From positions 137,761,209-137,825,208 of the forward strand of contig NC_068982.1 of the NCBI RefSeq assembly GCF_001194135.2: a DNA stretch of 64,000 nucleotides, written 5' to 3'. A program made the translations under genes and the position numbers. The DNA comes from Octopus bimaculoides. Lineage: Eukaryota. The notes beneath the pieces are model-generated. The model was not told the origin of the DNA and made no database searches. It worked only from the letters and a program-made list of their open reading frames with translations. This document shows positions 48,538-61,439 of the stretch, piece after piece; the stretch's first letter is position 1, and every line of letters begins with the position of its first letter.

Positions 48538-49868
48538 ACAGGGTGTGAAGGGTAAATTGTCGCCAGTTTTTTTTGTTTTTTTTTTCGCACATGCGCTTTG
48601 TTTGTTTTTGATTTTGTCGATAGGCTTGGAGTTGGCCTTCCTCTATTTTCTCAAATAGATGTTTTCTATTTGATTCAAACAGTCCATTCTGTTCGAAACC
48701 TTTGCATCTTGCATCATATCTTTTTAATTTGGCCTTTAATGTTGTCACCTTTTGTGTAGTTTGTTTTCTCCTTTCTTCTAAACCTGTACTGTCCATTCAA
48801 TTTTCTGATTACTACCTTATTCTTGAGCACTCATCTCATTATCCTATTCAATCGCCCCCAGTCCTCTCCATGTCGTTTCTAGCTTCATTCATATTCTCTT
48901 CCTCGAATCTGGTTCTTTCTTTTCATTCAATTTTACATCTTCAGTTTTTCACTTGTAACCTACCATTAGCTACAACATTAGCAGCAGCTATGATTAGCTG
49001 GTTGTTTCATTTGTTGTTTCACTGATGTTTCCTGTCTTAATGAAGCTTAAAACATAATTAACTTTGCCTGTGGCTCTCCTCACCTGTTTTCTGTCCATAA
49101 ATCTTACATTTGGCGGAACTTCATTGTTCCTATCAGTCATTTTACCTTGCAACATTTCTAAAACCTCCTTCTCATCATTCAAGCCTTGTGCAATATTTAC
49201 TGTCACTTGTCCATCTAGATCATCTTCATTAATTACTTAATCAGTATTCTCTGGTACTCTGCGGTTTCCCTCTCTCTCATGTTCCTCATCTCTTACTCCT
49301 TCATTATCGCTTTCTGCTTCTGCTGTTTCGCTCTCCTTCTGCTGTTTTATGTTTCTCTGAATTTCTTCAATCTCTACTTCCGTAATCCAATCATTCCTAT
49401 TGTCAGACATAGGGTCTTCTAATAACCACCCTCTTGACCTAGGGCAGCACTACCTCCTCCAGGCACTTGATATAGGCCTCCGTATTGAGTTTGAAGCCAT
49501 GTTGAGTGTGAAGCCTTGTGGGAAGATGAATGAAGGCATAATGTCGCCATCATTAGTGATCACTCCAAACACCATGATGTTGACTGAATGCTTGATTTTT
49601 ATCACTCTCGGTACATGTCCTCAGATTGGACTGTCCTCAGACTGACACCTAAACACTCAGAAATGTTCATATTGGAGCTTCCGGCATAAATGCCAAGTGG
49701 AGCAGCATGTCATTTCCAAATTTCTGGCAGAGTGAATTGCATCATGGTGCTGTTTTTCTCACAGACGATGCCCAACTGACCCTACTATACTGTGTAGTGG
49801 GCAAAATCAAAAACAGTGTACACACATGAAATAAAAAATATAAAACGGCAACAATTTACCAAGGACCC
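48538..49868 (-). mobile_element. maT/DD37D-like Tc1-mariner remnant (transposase fragment at 49410-49640) with a nested LINE fragment
   Basis: TIR-like ends TA|CAGGGTGTGAAGGGTAAATTGTCGCC and GGCAACAATTTACCAAGGACCCTG|TA; minus strand encodes KIKHSVNIMVFGVITNDGDIMPSFIFPQG and LNTEAYIKCLEEVVLP. Confidence 0.7.
48590..49405 (-). mobile_element. N-terminal ORF fragment of an RLE-type non-LTR retrotransposon
   Basis: DWITEVEIEEIQRNI, VNYVLSFIKTGNISET, KAKLKRYDARCKGFEQNGLFESNRKHLFEKI resemble the pre-RT region of R4-like elements. Confidence 0.6.
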
Positions 49869-49875
49869 TGTATAT

Positions 49876-49917
<42 letters not shown>

Positions 49918-50053
49918 GTATATATATGTATATGTATATATATTCACAATCAAGGTCAATAAATTAAGTACCAGTTGGGTACTGGGGTCGATATAATCGA
50001 CTTAACCCCTCCCCCAAAATTTCAGACCTTGTATCTATAGTAGGAAGGATATA

Positions 50054-51175
50054 TGTAAGAACGACCGTGCGAACTCAAAAGGAGAAATGGTGACGAATGG
50101 AAAAACAGGACTCCTTTTATTTAAAATGCGTCACACGGTCGAACACAAAATATTATATCAAAGATGATATATAAATATGTTATACTACGATAACATAAAT
50201 GGCCAGTAAAGGAAGACGATAAACACAACCGTATGAGATGAATAACAGAATTATTTATTGTGACATTAAAATGTATGTCTGTGTGTAAGTGTGAATGCGA
50301 CATATAAAAACATAATAAAAGACAGGCCGTCGTATAAAGAAAAGAGTGTGTGTGAGTGATACATGTATGTGCATGCGTTATATACAGCAGATAGAAAGAG
50401 TCAGTGACACGTGTGAGCATTTATACCAGTTCTTAGAGTACACGATAGGAAGAGTCTGTATATGAAAGAAGTTGAGGCTGTGTGTGTGGCAGAGCGATCA
50501 CTAGTTGTGATGTTGTGGCTTCCATGCCGGGCCGGGTTCTTGTTATACAGATGTTCGTCGCTGGCTGAACTCTTGTCTGTTTATTTATCGTGGTGAAGCT
50601 GAAACACCTAACAGAATCGAAGAGAGAGAGATGTGCCGCGATTACTGTTTGGTTAATGGTGTACGTAGAAATCATGTTGATGATATTGGCGAATCTTGTA
50701 GTTCATAGTTAAAGTCGCGTTGACTATGTTGGCGAATGCTGGTGGCGATGATGCTGGTGGCGATGATGCTGGTTAATAGTCGTAGACTTGTGTTGCTGAT
50801 GGCGACGTCAGTGGTAGTCGTAGCTGGACGAAGCTGTTGATGTAGTCGCTGGAACTGCTGCTGCTGTGTGGTACACGGAACAGTCTCTAAGAGAAACTGA
50901 ACCGAGACCAATTTGCCAGGTATCTAGCAGGCTATTTAAAGCAAAATAGGGGCTCCAAGAAAGGTTAGAAAAACACTATCACATGACCTTATTAAGGGCT
51001 GCGATTGGTCAGTTTGCGTTCTGGCGGGAACGGTATGAAGCAGTTGCCGCTTCAAATAATAATCAGTCACGTGATGACAGGGAAAGATGTTTTCCACTTC
51101 GCCCGCGCTTGTTTATATTTAACAGCGGGGAAGATGGCTTCTTTGTGTATAATGGCGATAGGTAGTTTCACTACA
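50054..51175 (+). mobile_element. Putative solo LTR, 1122 bp (TGTA...TACA), copy B
   Basis: Inverted TG/CA termini, AT/TA-repeat flanks, no ORF; second copy at 15028-15990(-). Confidence 0.65.
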
Positions 51176-52252
51176 TATATATATATATACATTCGCAATG
51201 CATTGGTTGACCCAGGGCTATTGTAGAAGGCACTTACCCAAGGTACCATGCAATGGAATTGAACCCAGAACCACATGATTACAATGTGTGCTTCTTAATC
51301 TCATAGCCATGCCTACACCAACCACAAGGTATTTTGCTACTCTTATACTATTGGGTTGGTGCATAATTATTGCGACTTTTTTTCAACAAGACATCTTTAA
51401 ATGATGGTCTGGCAATCTGCCAAGCAAATGGGAAGCAGTAATTGAAGTAGATGGTGAATATGCTCCAGAATAATCATTAAAAGATGTCACTAAGCACAGG
51501 ATGGATGTGTGGTAAGAAGCTTGCTTCCCAACTGCATGGTTCCAGGTTCAGTCCCACTGCATGGCACCTTCGGCAAGTGTCTTCTACTATAGCCTCGGGC
51601 CAACCAAAGCTTTGTGAGTGGATTTGGTAGACGGAAACTGAAAGGAGCCTGTTAGCCACTACACATTCTTTTTTTTTTTCTTTCTGTGTTCCTTTCTGTG
51701 GAAGAGCGTAGGCTTGAAACGTTAAAGACTTTTTCACTTCCTGAGCGTTAAACTAATACAGCTGTCTTCGTCTTTTGTTCTTTTATGAATTCTGTGTGTG
51801 TGTGTGTATGTTTCTGTGTCTGTGTTTGTTCCCCCACCATCGCTTGATGACAGATGTTGATGTGCTTACATCCCTGTAACTTAGTGGTTTGGCAAAAGAG
51901 ACCGATAGAATAAGTACTAGGTTTATAAAGAATAAGTCCTTGGATTGATTTGCTCAACTGAAGGCAGTGCTCCAGCATGGCCGCAGCCAAATGACTGCAA
52001 CAAGTAAGAGAATAAAAGCATCAAAGCATTTCACCTGTCACTCTAAGAATTCTTCTAGCTCTCTGCCTCTTTTACAAAATCTAATATCAACTTTAATTTC
52101 TCGTTGTTCTAGGTTGTCCTTCAACTGTGCCTGAGGGTCAATTTTGGCAAGAAGCAAACTGCCATTACTGCTTATGTATCTTCAACAAAAATGTGAATAA
52201 AACCACACGTTTTTGCTCAGAGTAAGAATACTTTTTGTTTAATGACCACTCT

Positions 52253-52971
52253 TTGACCTTTTCCTTACTGTATTTATTTTGAGATGCTCTGTCTTTCTTT
52301 CAATTGATTTTAAATATAACAAAGAATTTAGTAAAATAACTCAGTTATCATTCAGCTAGTGTTAGGAACATACATTGTGACTAAGGTTTGGTGAAAGATT
52401 TTAATTCAAAACTTTTCAAAACAAGACATTTGTACTCAGAGCCAGATCCGGTTCCAACCAAGTTAGTAACAAAAGGGTTAATGTCCACTCTTTAACCTTT
52501 CTGTTATTGCATTTATTTTGAGATGCTCTGTCTTTCTTTCAATTACTTTAAATATAACAAAGAATTTAGTAAAATAACTCAGTTATCATTCAGCTAGCGT
52601 TAGGAACATAAATTGTGACTAAGGTTTGGTGGAAGATTTTAGTTCTAAACTTATGAAAACAAGACATTTGTACTCAGAGACAGAGCCGGTTTCAGCTGGA
52701 TTGGTATTGAAAGGGTTAAGATTGTTTCTCTGTTATATATTTTAACCCTTTTGTTACCATATTTCTTTTGAGATGTTCTGTGTTTCTTTCAATTAATTTT
52801 AAATATAACAAAGAATTTAGTAAAATAACTCAGTTATCATTCAGCTAGTGTTAGGAACATAAATTGTGACTAAGGTTTGGTGGAAGATTTTAATTCAAAA
52901 CTTATGAAAACAAGCCATTTGAACTACAGAGCTAGAGCTGGTTTCAGCCGGGTTGGTAACGAAAGGGTTAA
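52253..52971. mobile_element. Three head-to-tail copies of the piggyBac-like MITE (52253-52481, 52492-52719, 52742-52971)
   Basis: Each about 228 bp, ending AAAGGG|TTAA; copy 3 has TIRs TTAACCCTTTTGTTACC/GGTAACGAAAGGGTTAA. Confidence 0.85.
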
Positions 52972-54029
52972 TTATAATCTGTTCATTTCCCTATTTACCT
53001 GCTGGTAAATGTATCCATGTCTCTCTATTTATCTACCTATCCCTGTGACATTTTACTCGTCTCTTTCTCAATGTATGCCTGTCCATTACTTTGTTTACCT
53101 CTCTACCAGTTTAAATTTAGTCTCACCACTACAACCTTTTATTTACGTGGTCTTTTCTTTCTCTTTCTTCTACTTTCTTCCCTTTGTTGTTTGACAGCTG
53201 TGGTGACCTCAAAGTAAAGAGGATACGCGATTGTTATCCAGCCAGAGTAAAGCCAAAAGCTGCTTATCCAGGTTGCTGTAAATATAAATATATTTGCAAA
53301 GGAGATCCGGAGTTTGACGCAAAGAAACTTATCACGAATAAAATTGTTTTTTAAAACATTTTGATTCAGGCACCATTTGTCTAGGAGAGAGGGGGGGGAG
53401 GGGAGACAGAGGGAGATATACAGACAAAGACAGAGAAAAGGGAGAGAGAGCGAGAGGGAGAGAGAGCGANNNNNNNNNNNNNNNNNNNNNNNNNNNNNNN
53501 NNNNNNNNNNNNNNNNNNNNNNNNNNNNNNNNNNNNNNNNNNNNNNNNNNNNNNNNNNNNNNNNNNNNNNNNNNNNNNNNNNNNNNNNNNNNNNNNNNNN
53601 NNNNNNNNNNNNNNNNNNNNNNNNNNNNNNNNNNNNNNNNNNNNNNNNNNNNNNNNNNNNNNNNNNNNNNNNNNNNNNNNNNNNNNNNNNNNNNNNNNNN
53701 NNNNNNNNNNNNNNNNNNNNNNNNNNNNNNNNNNNNNNNNNNNNNNNNNNNNNNNNNNNNNNNNNNNNNNNNNNNNNNNNNNNNNNNNNNNNNNNNNNNN
53801 NNNNNNNNNNNNNNNNNNNNNNNNNNNNNNNNNNNNNNNNNNGGAAGTATGCCTCTTTCCTGATTTTACTTTTCTGATGAATTCTGTCACAATCTTTCAA
53901 GGGAGAGCAATCTTCAAAGAGGATTTCTTTCTTCTCTCCAAAGAAACTATAAAGTTGATTATATCATTATTATTCTGACTCCTGTCAAGCACCTTTATGA
54001 AAACAAAATAAATAATTATTAATATTATT

Positions 54030-54043
54030 CAGTTGTCTTATTA

Positions 54044-54074
<31 letters not shown>

Positions 54075-54430
54075 TATTATTATTTATTGTCTTTGCACAG
54101 CTTCTAACGCTGCAGATGTACTACGGTGCTAGCTGTTCACTACAAGTGAACTAAGGTAACACCCCTTATTTTTCGAGCACATTCCGGAGTATTCGAGCGG
54201 TTCGAAGCAGTGCTGTTTTCTGCAAGTGCTCCGCCATTATTGCAGCCCCTATTTGTTCCCCGTACTTCTCGAGATTTTTTGCTCACTGTTCCCAGGGCTC
54301 CAGCAATTATTGGTACTACTGCTACCTTTTTCATCAACCACAACTGCTTTCCTTCCCAAGCTAACCTACCATATCTCTCGACTTTTCTTTCTTCTTTATT
54401 GCATACCTTGTTGTCAACTGGGCATGCTAT
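54030..54430 (-). mobile_element. R4/Dong-like LINE 3' end with (TAA)n tail
   Basis: KEERKVERYGRLAWEGKQLWLMKKVAVVPIIAGALGTVSKK is the RLE C-terminal motif; the tail is a TTA/TAA array. Confidence 0.8.
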
Positions 54431-57176
54431 ATAAATGATCCAGTATAGTTTGTTTTCTTTCTCAATTAAGACTATGTCTGCCTTCCTATTCTCTCTCTAT
54501 ATATATATATATCATTGTCATCAACATCATTTAGTGTCTGCTTTCCATGCTGGAATGGGTCAGGCAGTTTGACTGAAACTGGTAAGTTGGAGAGATGTAC
54601 CGGCTTCCAATCTGAATTGGCATGGTTTCTACAACTGGATGTCCTTTCTAATGCCAACCACTCCACAATATTAAAGAGATTAGTCAGTGCTAACTTATAT
54701 CATACTTCAATGTTGATGGGAAGGTTTATAGTGTGTTTAAAAAGCACAATTCACATAATATGTAAACTACTTTCTAAAAGGTTTGTGGAATTCTGTTATG
54801 GGAAATTGAGCCCTAGACATTAGCTAACTCTAACCAGATGACATCAATGTATCCCTTGTTCTTTTTATACCACTGAATGGATTGCCAAACCCTCAGTATA
54901 AGCTCAATGCTTCCTAAAAATTCAAGAACCCCAATTTTGTATACAGATGTATCAACAAACCTGTTCTTCACAATAATATCCTTCATCCTTCATTCTAATT
55001 CAAAACCTTCCCACCAATGTTGAAGTGTTGCATTAGTCGGTACTGACGAATCTCTTTAACATCCTTCTCAGGAATCCTTGTCATCATTGTCATCATCATC
55101 ATCATCATCACCATTATTTAAAATTCATGTTGCATGCTGGTTCAATGGTTTGACAGGCTCTGATGGATCCAAGGACTACACTATGCTCTACTATCTACTT
55201 TAGCATGGTTTCAATGGCTAGATACCCTTCTTAACAAAAACAACTTGTATTGGGTTACATAAGGTGGTGAGCTGGCAGAAACGTTATCCCGCTGGGCGAA
55301 ATGCTTAGAAGTATTTCGTCTGCCGTTACGTTCTAAATTCAAATTCCGCCGAAGTCAACTTTGCCTTTCATCCTTTCGGGGTCGATAAATTAAGTACCAG
55401 TTACATACTGGGGTCGATGTAATTGACTTAATCCCTTTGTCCGTCCTTGTTTGTCCCCTCTATGTTTAGCCCCTTGTGGGCAATAAAGAAATAAGAAACA
55501 ACTTGTATTGGGTACTTTGTTTTTCCATGCCAACAGCACTAGTGAGGTTGCCAGGCAGCTTTCACCACTAAGAAACCTGTGAGTGGTAGCTTTATGCATG
55601 GATAGGAGAGAAGAGCCCAGGGTAGAAAAGCTTTCTTGCTGTGGAAGAGCTGCATGGCATGATCTGAGAAGAGATAAAAATAGTGGTGAGGCTGGTAGAC
55701 TGAAACTTGTGAGTGGATTTGGTAGACGGAAACTGAAAGAAGCCCATCGTATATATGTATATATATATCATCATCATCATCATTATCATTTAACGTCCGC
55801 TTTCCATGTTAGCATGGGTTGGATGATTTGACTGGGGACTGGCAAACCAGATGGCTACACCAGGCTCCAATCTGATCTGGCAGAGTTTCTGCTGCTGGAT
55901 GCCCTTCCTAATGCCAACCACTCTGAGAGTGTAGTGGGTGCTTTTTATGTGTCACTGGCACAAGGGCCAGTCCGGTGGTACTGGCAACGGCCACGCTCAG
56001 ATGGTGTTTTTTACGTGCCACCTGCACAGGAGTCAGTCCAATGTTTTGTTCATATGCCACCGGCACAAGTGCCAGTAAGGTGACACTGGAAATGACCACA
56101 CTCAAATGGTGCTTTTTACGTGCCACAGGCATGGAAGTGAGACTGCTGCTCTGGCAGTGATCCCGATATAATAAGTACTAGGCTTACAAAGAATAAGTCC
56201 TGGGGTCGATTTGCTCGACTAAAGGCGGTGCTCCAGCATGGCCGCAGTCAAATGACTGAAACAAGTAAAAAAAGAAGGTGTTTGGGTAGACCATTTAAAA
56301 AGAAATTAAAAAAAACAATGAAGAAGAAATATAAAAAAAATTACTTTATCGAAATAATATTTTCTGTTACAAATATTTAATTTCAACTGTATTTTTTTCA
56401 CAGTAAGAGAGTTGGTTTTTCTTTTTTGTTTAAATTTTTCAAATTGGTTTTGTAGACGTAATAAAATGAAAATGCTTTCCTTTCATTTGTGATTCCTCCA
56501 CCATTTTCTTACATTTCCTACAAATGGAAAAACAAAATTTCATAAATTTTAATATAACGAATATGTGTCTATGTTTGTGACTGTCAAAATAAACGAACTT
56601 AAAAGGTAAGGTGCATTTAAGACAGCAAAAACAGGTATCAAAATCACACAGTCATTAGTGAAAGGCCAAGGAATTATTATTATTATTATCAATATTCTTT
56701 TATTCTTTTATTATTATTATCAATATTCTTTTAATTCTGTATCTGTCTTGGCATTCACATCCTTTGCAAACTGACCATACATTTTCTTTTCTTTCCATGC
56801 TTTTTCTTTTTTTTATTCATTTCTTGTTTAAATTTTTCTTTTATTATTACTATTATTATTATTATTATTATTATTATTCATCGTTTAACTTCCGCTTTCC
56901 ATGCTAGCATGGGTTGGACAATTTGACTGAGCACTGGTGTAGGACTGAACCCAAAGCTATGTGGTTAGCAAGTGAATTGCTTAACCACCCAGCCATACTT
57001 GTACCCCTAGTGACTCAGCCTTATTATTACAAATGGTGGTAAGTGTACTTACTTTCAAATACTCCAGGGTTTCTGAAATTTGGTCTTCTTTCTGTAACAC
57101 AAAACAAAGAATCATGTTGGCTTTTTTTAACTTTCATTAGATACATATAAATCCCTGTACAAATAAACAGCACTCC

Positions 57177-57535
57177 TACACTTGAATATCACCCTTACAC
57201 TTAAACAGCACCCCTACACTTAAATAGCACTCCTATACTTGAATAGCACCCCTACACTTGAATGGTACCCTTACACTTGAATATCATCCTTACACTTAAA
57301 TAGCACTCTTACACTTAAATAGCATCCCTACACTTAAATAGCACCTCTACACTTAAATAGCACTGCTACACTTAAATAGCACTGCTACATTTAAATGGCA
57401 CTCCTACTCTTAAATAGCACCCTTACACTTAAATAGCACTGCTACACTTAAATGGCACACCTACACTTAAATAGCACTCCTACACTTAAATAGAACTACT
57501 ACAGTTAAAAGCATTGTTACACTTAAATGGCACTG
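57177..57535. repeat. 19-bp minisatellite TACACTTAAATAGCAC(T/C)CC, about 19 copies
   Basis: Read directly from the sequence. Confidence 0.93.
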
Positions 57536-57783
57536 AAAGCAAGGATTATGGCAGCATTCACCAACTTAAACAAGGACACCATCCAGAAGAGTTGCAGGAT
57601 ATTCCAAAATTGTCTGGAGGCCATGGTTGAAGACAATAGCAATTTTATTGAATAAATTTACTTTTTAGTATTTCCAGATATTTTTATGTAATTTTGGTAA
57701 ATATATTTGTTAAAATGAGATGTCAGTGTTATTTTCATTTTTTGCACAATTTAAATGACAATTTATTCAGTGCACCCTGTATG
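57534..57783 (+). mobile_element. maT/DD37D-like transposon 3' end
   Basis: LKARIMAAFTNLNKDTIQKSCRIFQNCLEAMVEDNSNFIE* and terminal CACCCTG|TA. Confidence 0.6.
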
Positions 57784-58513
57784 TCTATATCTATATATAT
57801 NNNNNNNNNNNNNNNNNNNNNNNNNNNNNNNNNNNNNNNNNNNNNNNNNNNNNNNNNNNNNNNNNNNNNNNNNNNNNNNNNNATATATATATATATATAC
57901 ACAGACACACACATACATAAGTGTATGAGTGTGCGTGTGTGTCTGTCAGTTGGGTGACAGTGTGACATATGAACTGCATTTAAACTTAGGAGGACATTCT
58001 ATGTGTAGCAATGAAGACAAGAAGGTTATTATTTATATTTTGTCACTGAAATAAAGATAGAAAGAAAGAAGAAAGAGGAATAACTGTAGACAGGATATCC
58101 ATGAATAGATATGCCCATCTAGGATTACAGACATACATATATAATCATTAGTGTTTTATTGTTTACATTCCACATTTGTTTCGGTTGGATGAAATTGAGT
58201 CAGATTTTCTACGAATGGATGGTCTTCCTGTTGCTAACCCCCACCTGTTTTGAAGAAAGATAAAATTTTCCCTACTCCTCTGAACACATCAAACTGTCTT
58301 GTTCTTCCTTGATGTAGCAGCCTGCCTGGGACCCCAAAGGGAAATTAAAATCCGTATCAAGATCCATATGTTCAAGACACTGAACCACTTTATTCTACTG
58401 TATAACAGTAAAATTTTATTGCTATAGACTGAAGATCTGTTACTTAATAACTGGCGAACAAGGTTACAGGAATATTGCATATAAATAGTGCAGTTGTGTG
58501 TGATCTCCAAGTA

Positions 58514-59806
58514 TTGGATCATTCCATAAATAATATGGTTTTTCTCAATTGCATGAACTAAAAGTCGGATGGGCATGGGATAAAGTACCTGCGTCAACTT
58601 GCAATAAAAACAGGTATTAATTTTACCTTGTACTTATTCTTAGTGCAAGTTTTGAAGAGTACAGTTCGATTTTAACAGTTATTTTTTCAAAGCTATAATA
58701 GAAGTGACAAATGAGCATATTCGGCAAATTTTGCTTTATGAGTTCAATAAAGGCAACAATGCAATGGAAAGTGTGAGGAATATTAATTCAGTATATGGCG
58801 ATTGGGTAGTAAGCATAAGTGAATGTCAACAATCACTCCAGAAATTCCAAGCTGGAAACTACAGCCTAGAAGACGAGCCTCATCCTAGAAGATCTGTAGA
58901 GCTTCGTAAGGATATCCTGCAAACCCTGGTGGAACAAAATCCCATCATAACTGCTGAAGAACTAGCAAAGAATCTTGGATTTGGTCGTTCAACAATTTGT
59001 CGATACCTGCATACCATCAGAAAAGTCAGTAAATTGGGTCAATGGGTTCCTCACAATCTTTTCGAGTCTAATCACATGCAAAGAGTGAACGTGTGCTCTT
59101 CTTTGCTGTTCCATCTAATGAATAAACCTTTTTGGGATTTAATAGTGACTGATGACAAGAAATAGGTTCTCTATAAAAATGTCAAGTGCCGAAGACAGTG
59201 GGTAGGCAAAGGAGAAACACTTGGCACCCCAGGCTAAAGAAGGTCTTCACCCACATAAGGTGTTGTTATCTGTTTGGTGGGAAATGAAAGGTTTAGTCCA
59301 CTTTGAACTTTTAAACCCAAACCAAACGATAACAAAGGAGATCTACTGCAAGCAGTTTGAGGGGCTTAAGCCAAAGCTAGAAGAAAAATAACCATCTTCG
59401 GTTTTAAGACGAAAGGTGTTCTTCCATCAGGATAATGCTCGGCCACATACAGTGAGGATGACATTCCAAAGGCTGGAGCAGTTTGAATGGGAAAACATGC
59501 TCCACCCACCATGTTTGCCAGACATTGCCCCATCTGATTATCGTTTATTCTGCAGTCTTCAAAATTATTTGGACAGAAAAAATATGAATTCTATAGACAA
59601 GGTCAGAACAATACTGGAGGAGTATTTTTTGTCATGGACAAGTGAATTCTGGAAGAGGGCTCTTGCAAGTTTACCAGATAGATGGAAGAGCATTGTAGAA
59701 AATGAAGGAGAGTATATTTTAGATCTAGAAAAAAAGAACATTTTTTATCTTAATTTTGAAAAATAAAAGAAGTATAAAAAAGCTGCATTATTTATGGGAT
59801 GACTGT
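58514..59806 (+). mobile_element. Near full-length mariner element (about 1.3 kb); transposase pseudogene at 58704-59766
   Basis: HIRQILLYEFNKG, LGQWVPHNL, LIVTDDKK, FHQDNARPH, APSDYRLF motifs (DD34D); imperfect TIRs TCATTCCATAAATAAT / ATTATTTATGGGATGA; internal stop at 59163 and frameshifts. Confidence 0.92.
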
Positions 59807-61439
59807 ATATATTGCTGTGTCAGAACACTTCAGTCTCCACTCAGGTTCATTAATCTTCATCAGTTTGGCTCTGTGTGTCACCTTTGTGTTCTATTATAAT
59901 TCCATTCATATCTAGGATGCTTCATATGAATATTACATCAATGTAAATGCTTAACTAGTTCTTAAATTTTGCTGACTCTGGAATGAGGAAATGTGAAGCT
60001 GAACTTGGCATGATTTGAACTCAGAATGAAAAGCAGAAGGTTGGCTTGCATGACTATACAGCAATTCCAAATAACGCCAATGTCCAATGAGTGATCTGTG
60101 CATGTGTGTGCGTGCGTGTGTGTGTGTGTGTGTTTGTGTGTATGTACACGCATGTATGTGTGTGTGCGTGCAAGTATACGTACGTGTGCGTGTCTGCTGA
60201 AAATTCAACTGAATATATGTGTCTTGTATTGAAAGACCAGCTAAAGAGTGAAGAATTCGGGGTGAGAGTGAGTTACTACAAATAATGGGGACATTAAAGA
60301 AATGCTAACTGTTCAATCGGTTCAGAAATAAAATCAACTTCATTTTATGTCCATAACGCCATGTTTGTATAGGTTTGATGGGTCATCTCCATGTTTTTTT
60401 TAATGGAATATTGCATATGAACATCAATGCATATATGGCTGTAGCATTTTGTTTATGACCATCATACAGTGTCAAGACAAAAAGACATTAACACACAGAG
60501 CCATACTCACACATATACATAAAAACATGGTACCCAAAATGCCATTCAAACACTTTCTTCTACAAACATGCTAACTCCTCCAGCTTCAATCAGAAACTGG
60601 TTTATTTCTTTCAGTTACAAATAAGAGAAACACCTTTTACTTACCAACTTAGCTTTATTCAGACTGGATTACAAAATATATCTTACGCCATGTAGAATTT
60701 CACTTTTATGACCACAGCTGATATTAGTATGAACACCAACACCGATACCACTGCAATCAGTACTATAACACCTGTAAGTTATTTAAGACGACGTAAGTAC
60801 TCTTCTCACTTCACTTGGTCTTTACATTTAAATCAAGATCTACTTCGGTGCTATGTAAAAAAGCCTTCAATGACCCTTCTATCAGTTAATATGAAGTAGC
60901 TAAAATGAGACTAGGACAAAGCTCAACAAAACTTAAGCTATCTGATGGCAAAACAGCTTTGGTGACAAGCATTTTGCTTGTATATATTTATACACACACA
61001 CACACACACTTATATATATACATTATGCATCATTGTTTAACGTCTGCCTTCCATGCTAGCATGGGTGGGATGGTTTCACAAGAGCTGACCAAGCAGCAGC
61101 CTGCATCAGATTTCTGTGACTGTTTTGGCCTGATTTTTACAGCTGGATGCCCTTCCTAACACCAACCACTTAGTGGACTGGGTGCTTTTTACGTGGGACA
61201 AGCAGAAGCAAGGTCATTAGTGCTCTTTATATGGCATACACACACGCACACACACATTAATTGCTGCATTAATTCTTGTGGTGCTAATCAATCTTCGCAA
61301 AGCACTGAGAACTGACCAAAAATGTGCCACAGAAGAGATTGAAAATAATGTAAACAAACCATGGCTGCAATCACTAAATTCTGATATATTTCCACATCTA
61401 ACTGACTCAATAGAAATTACTATGGAATATATTCAGCCT

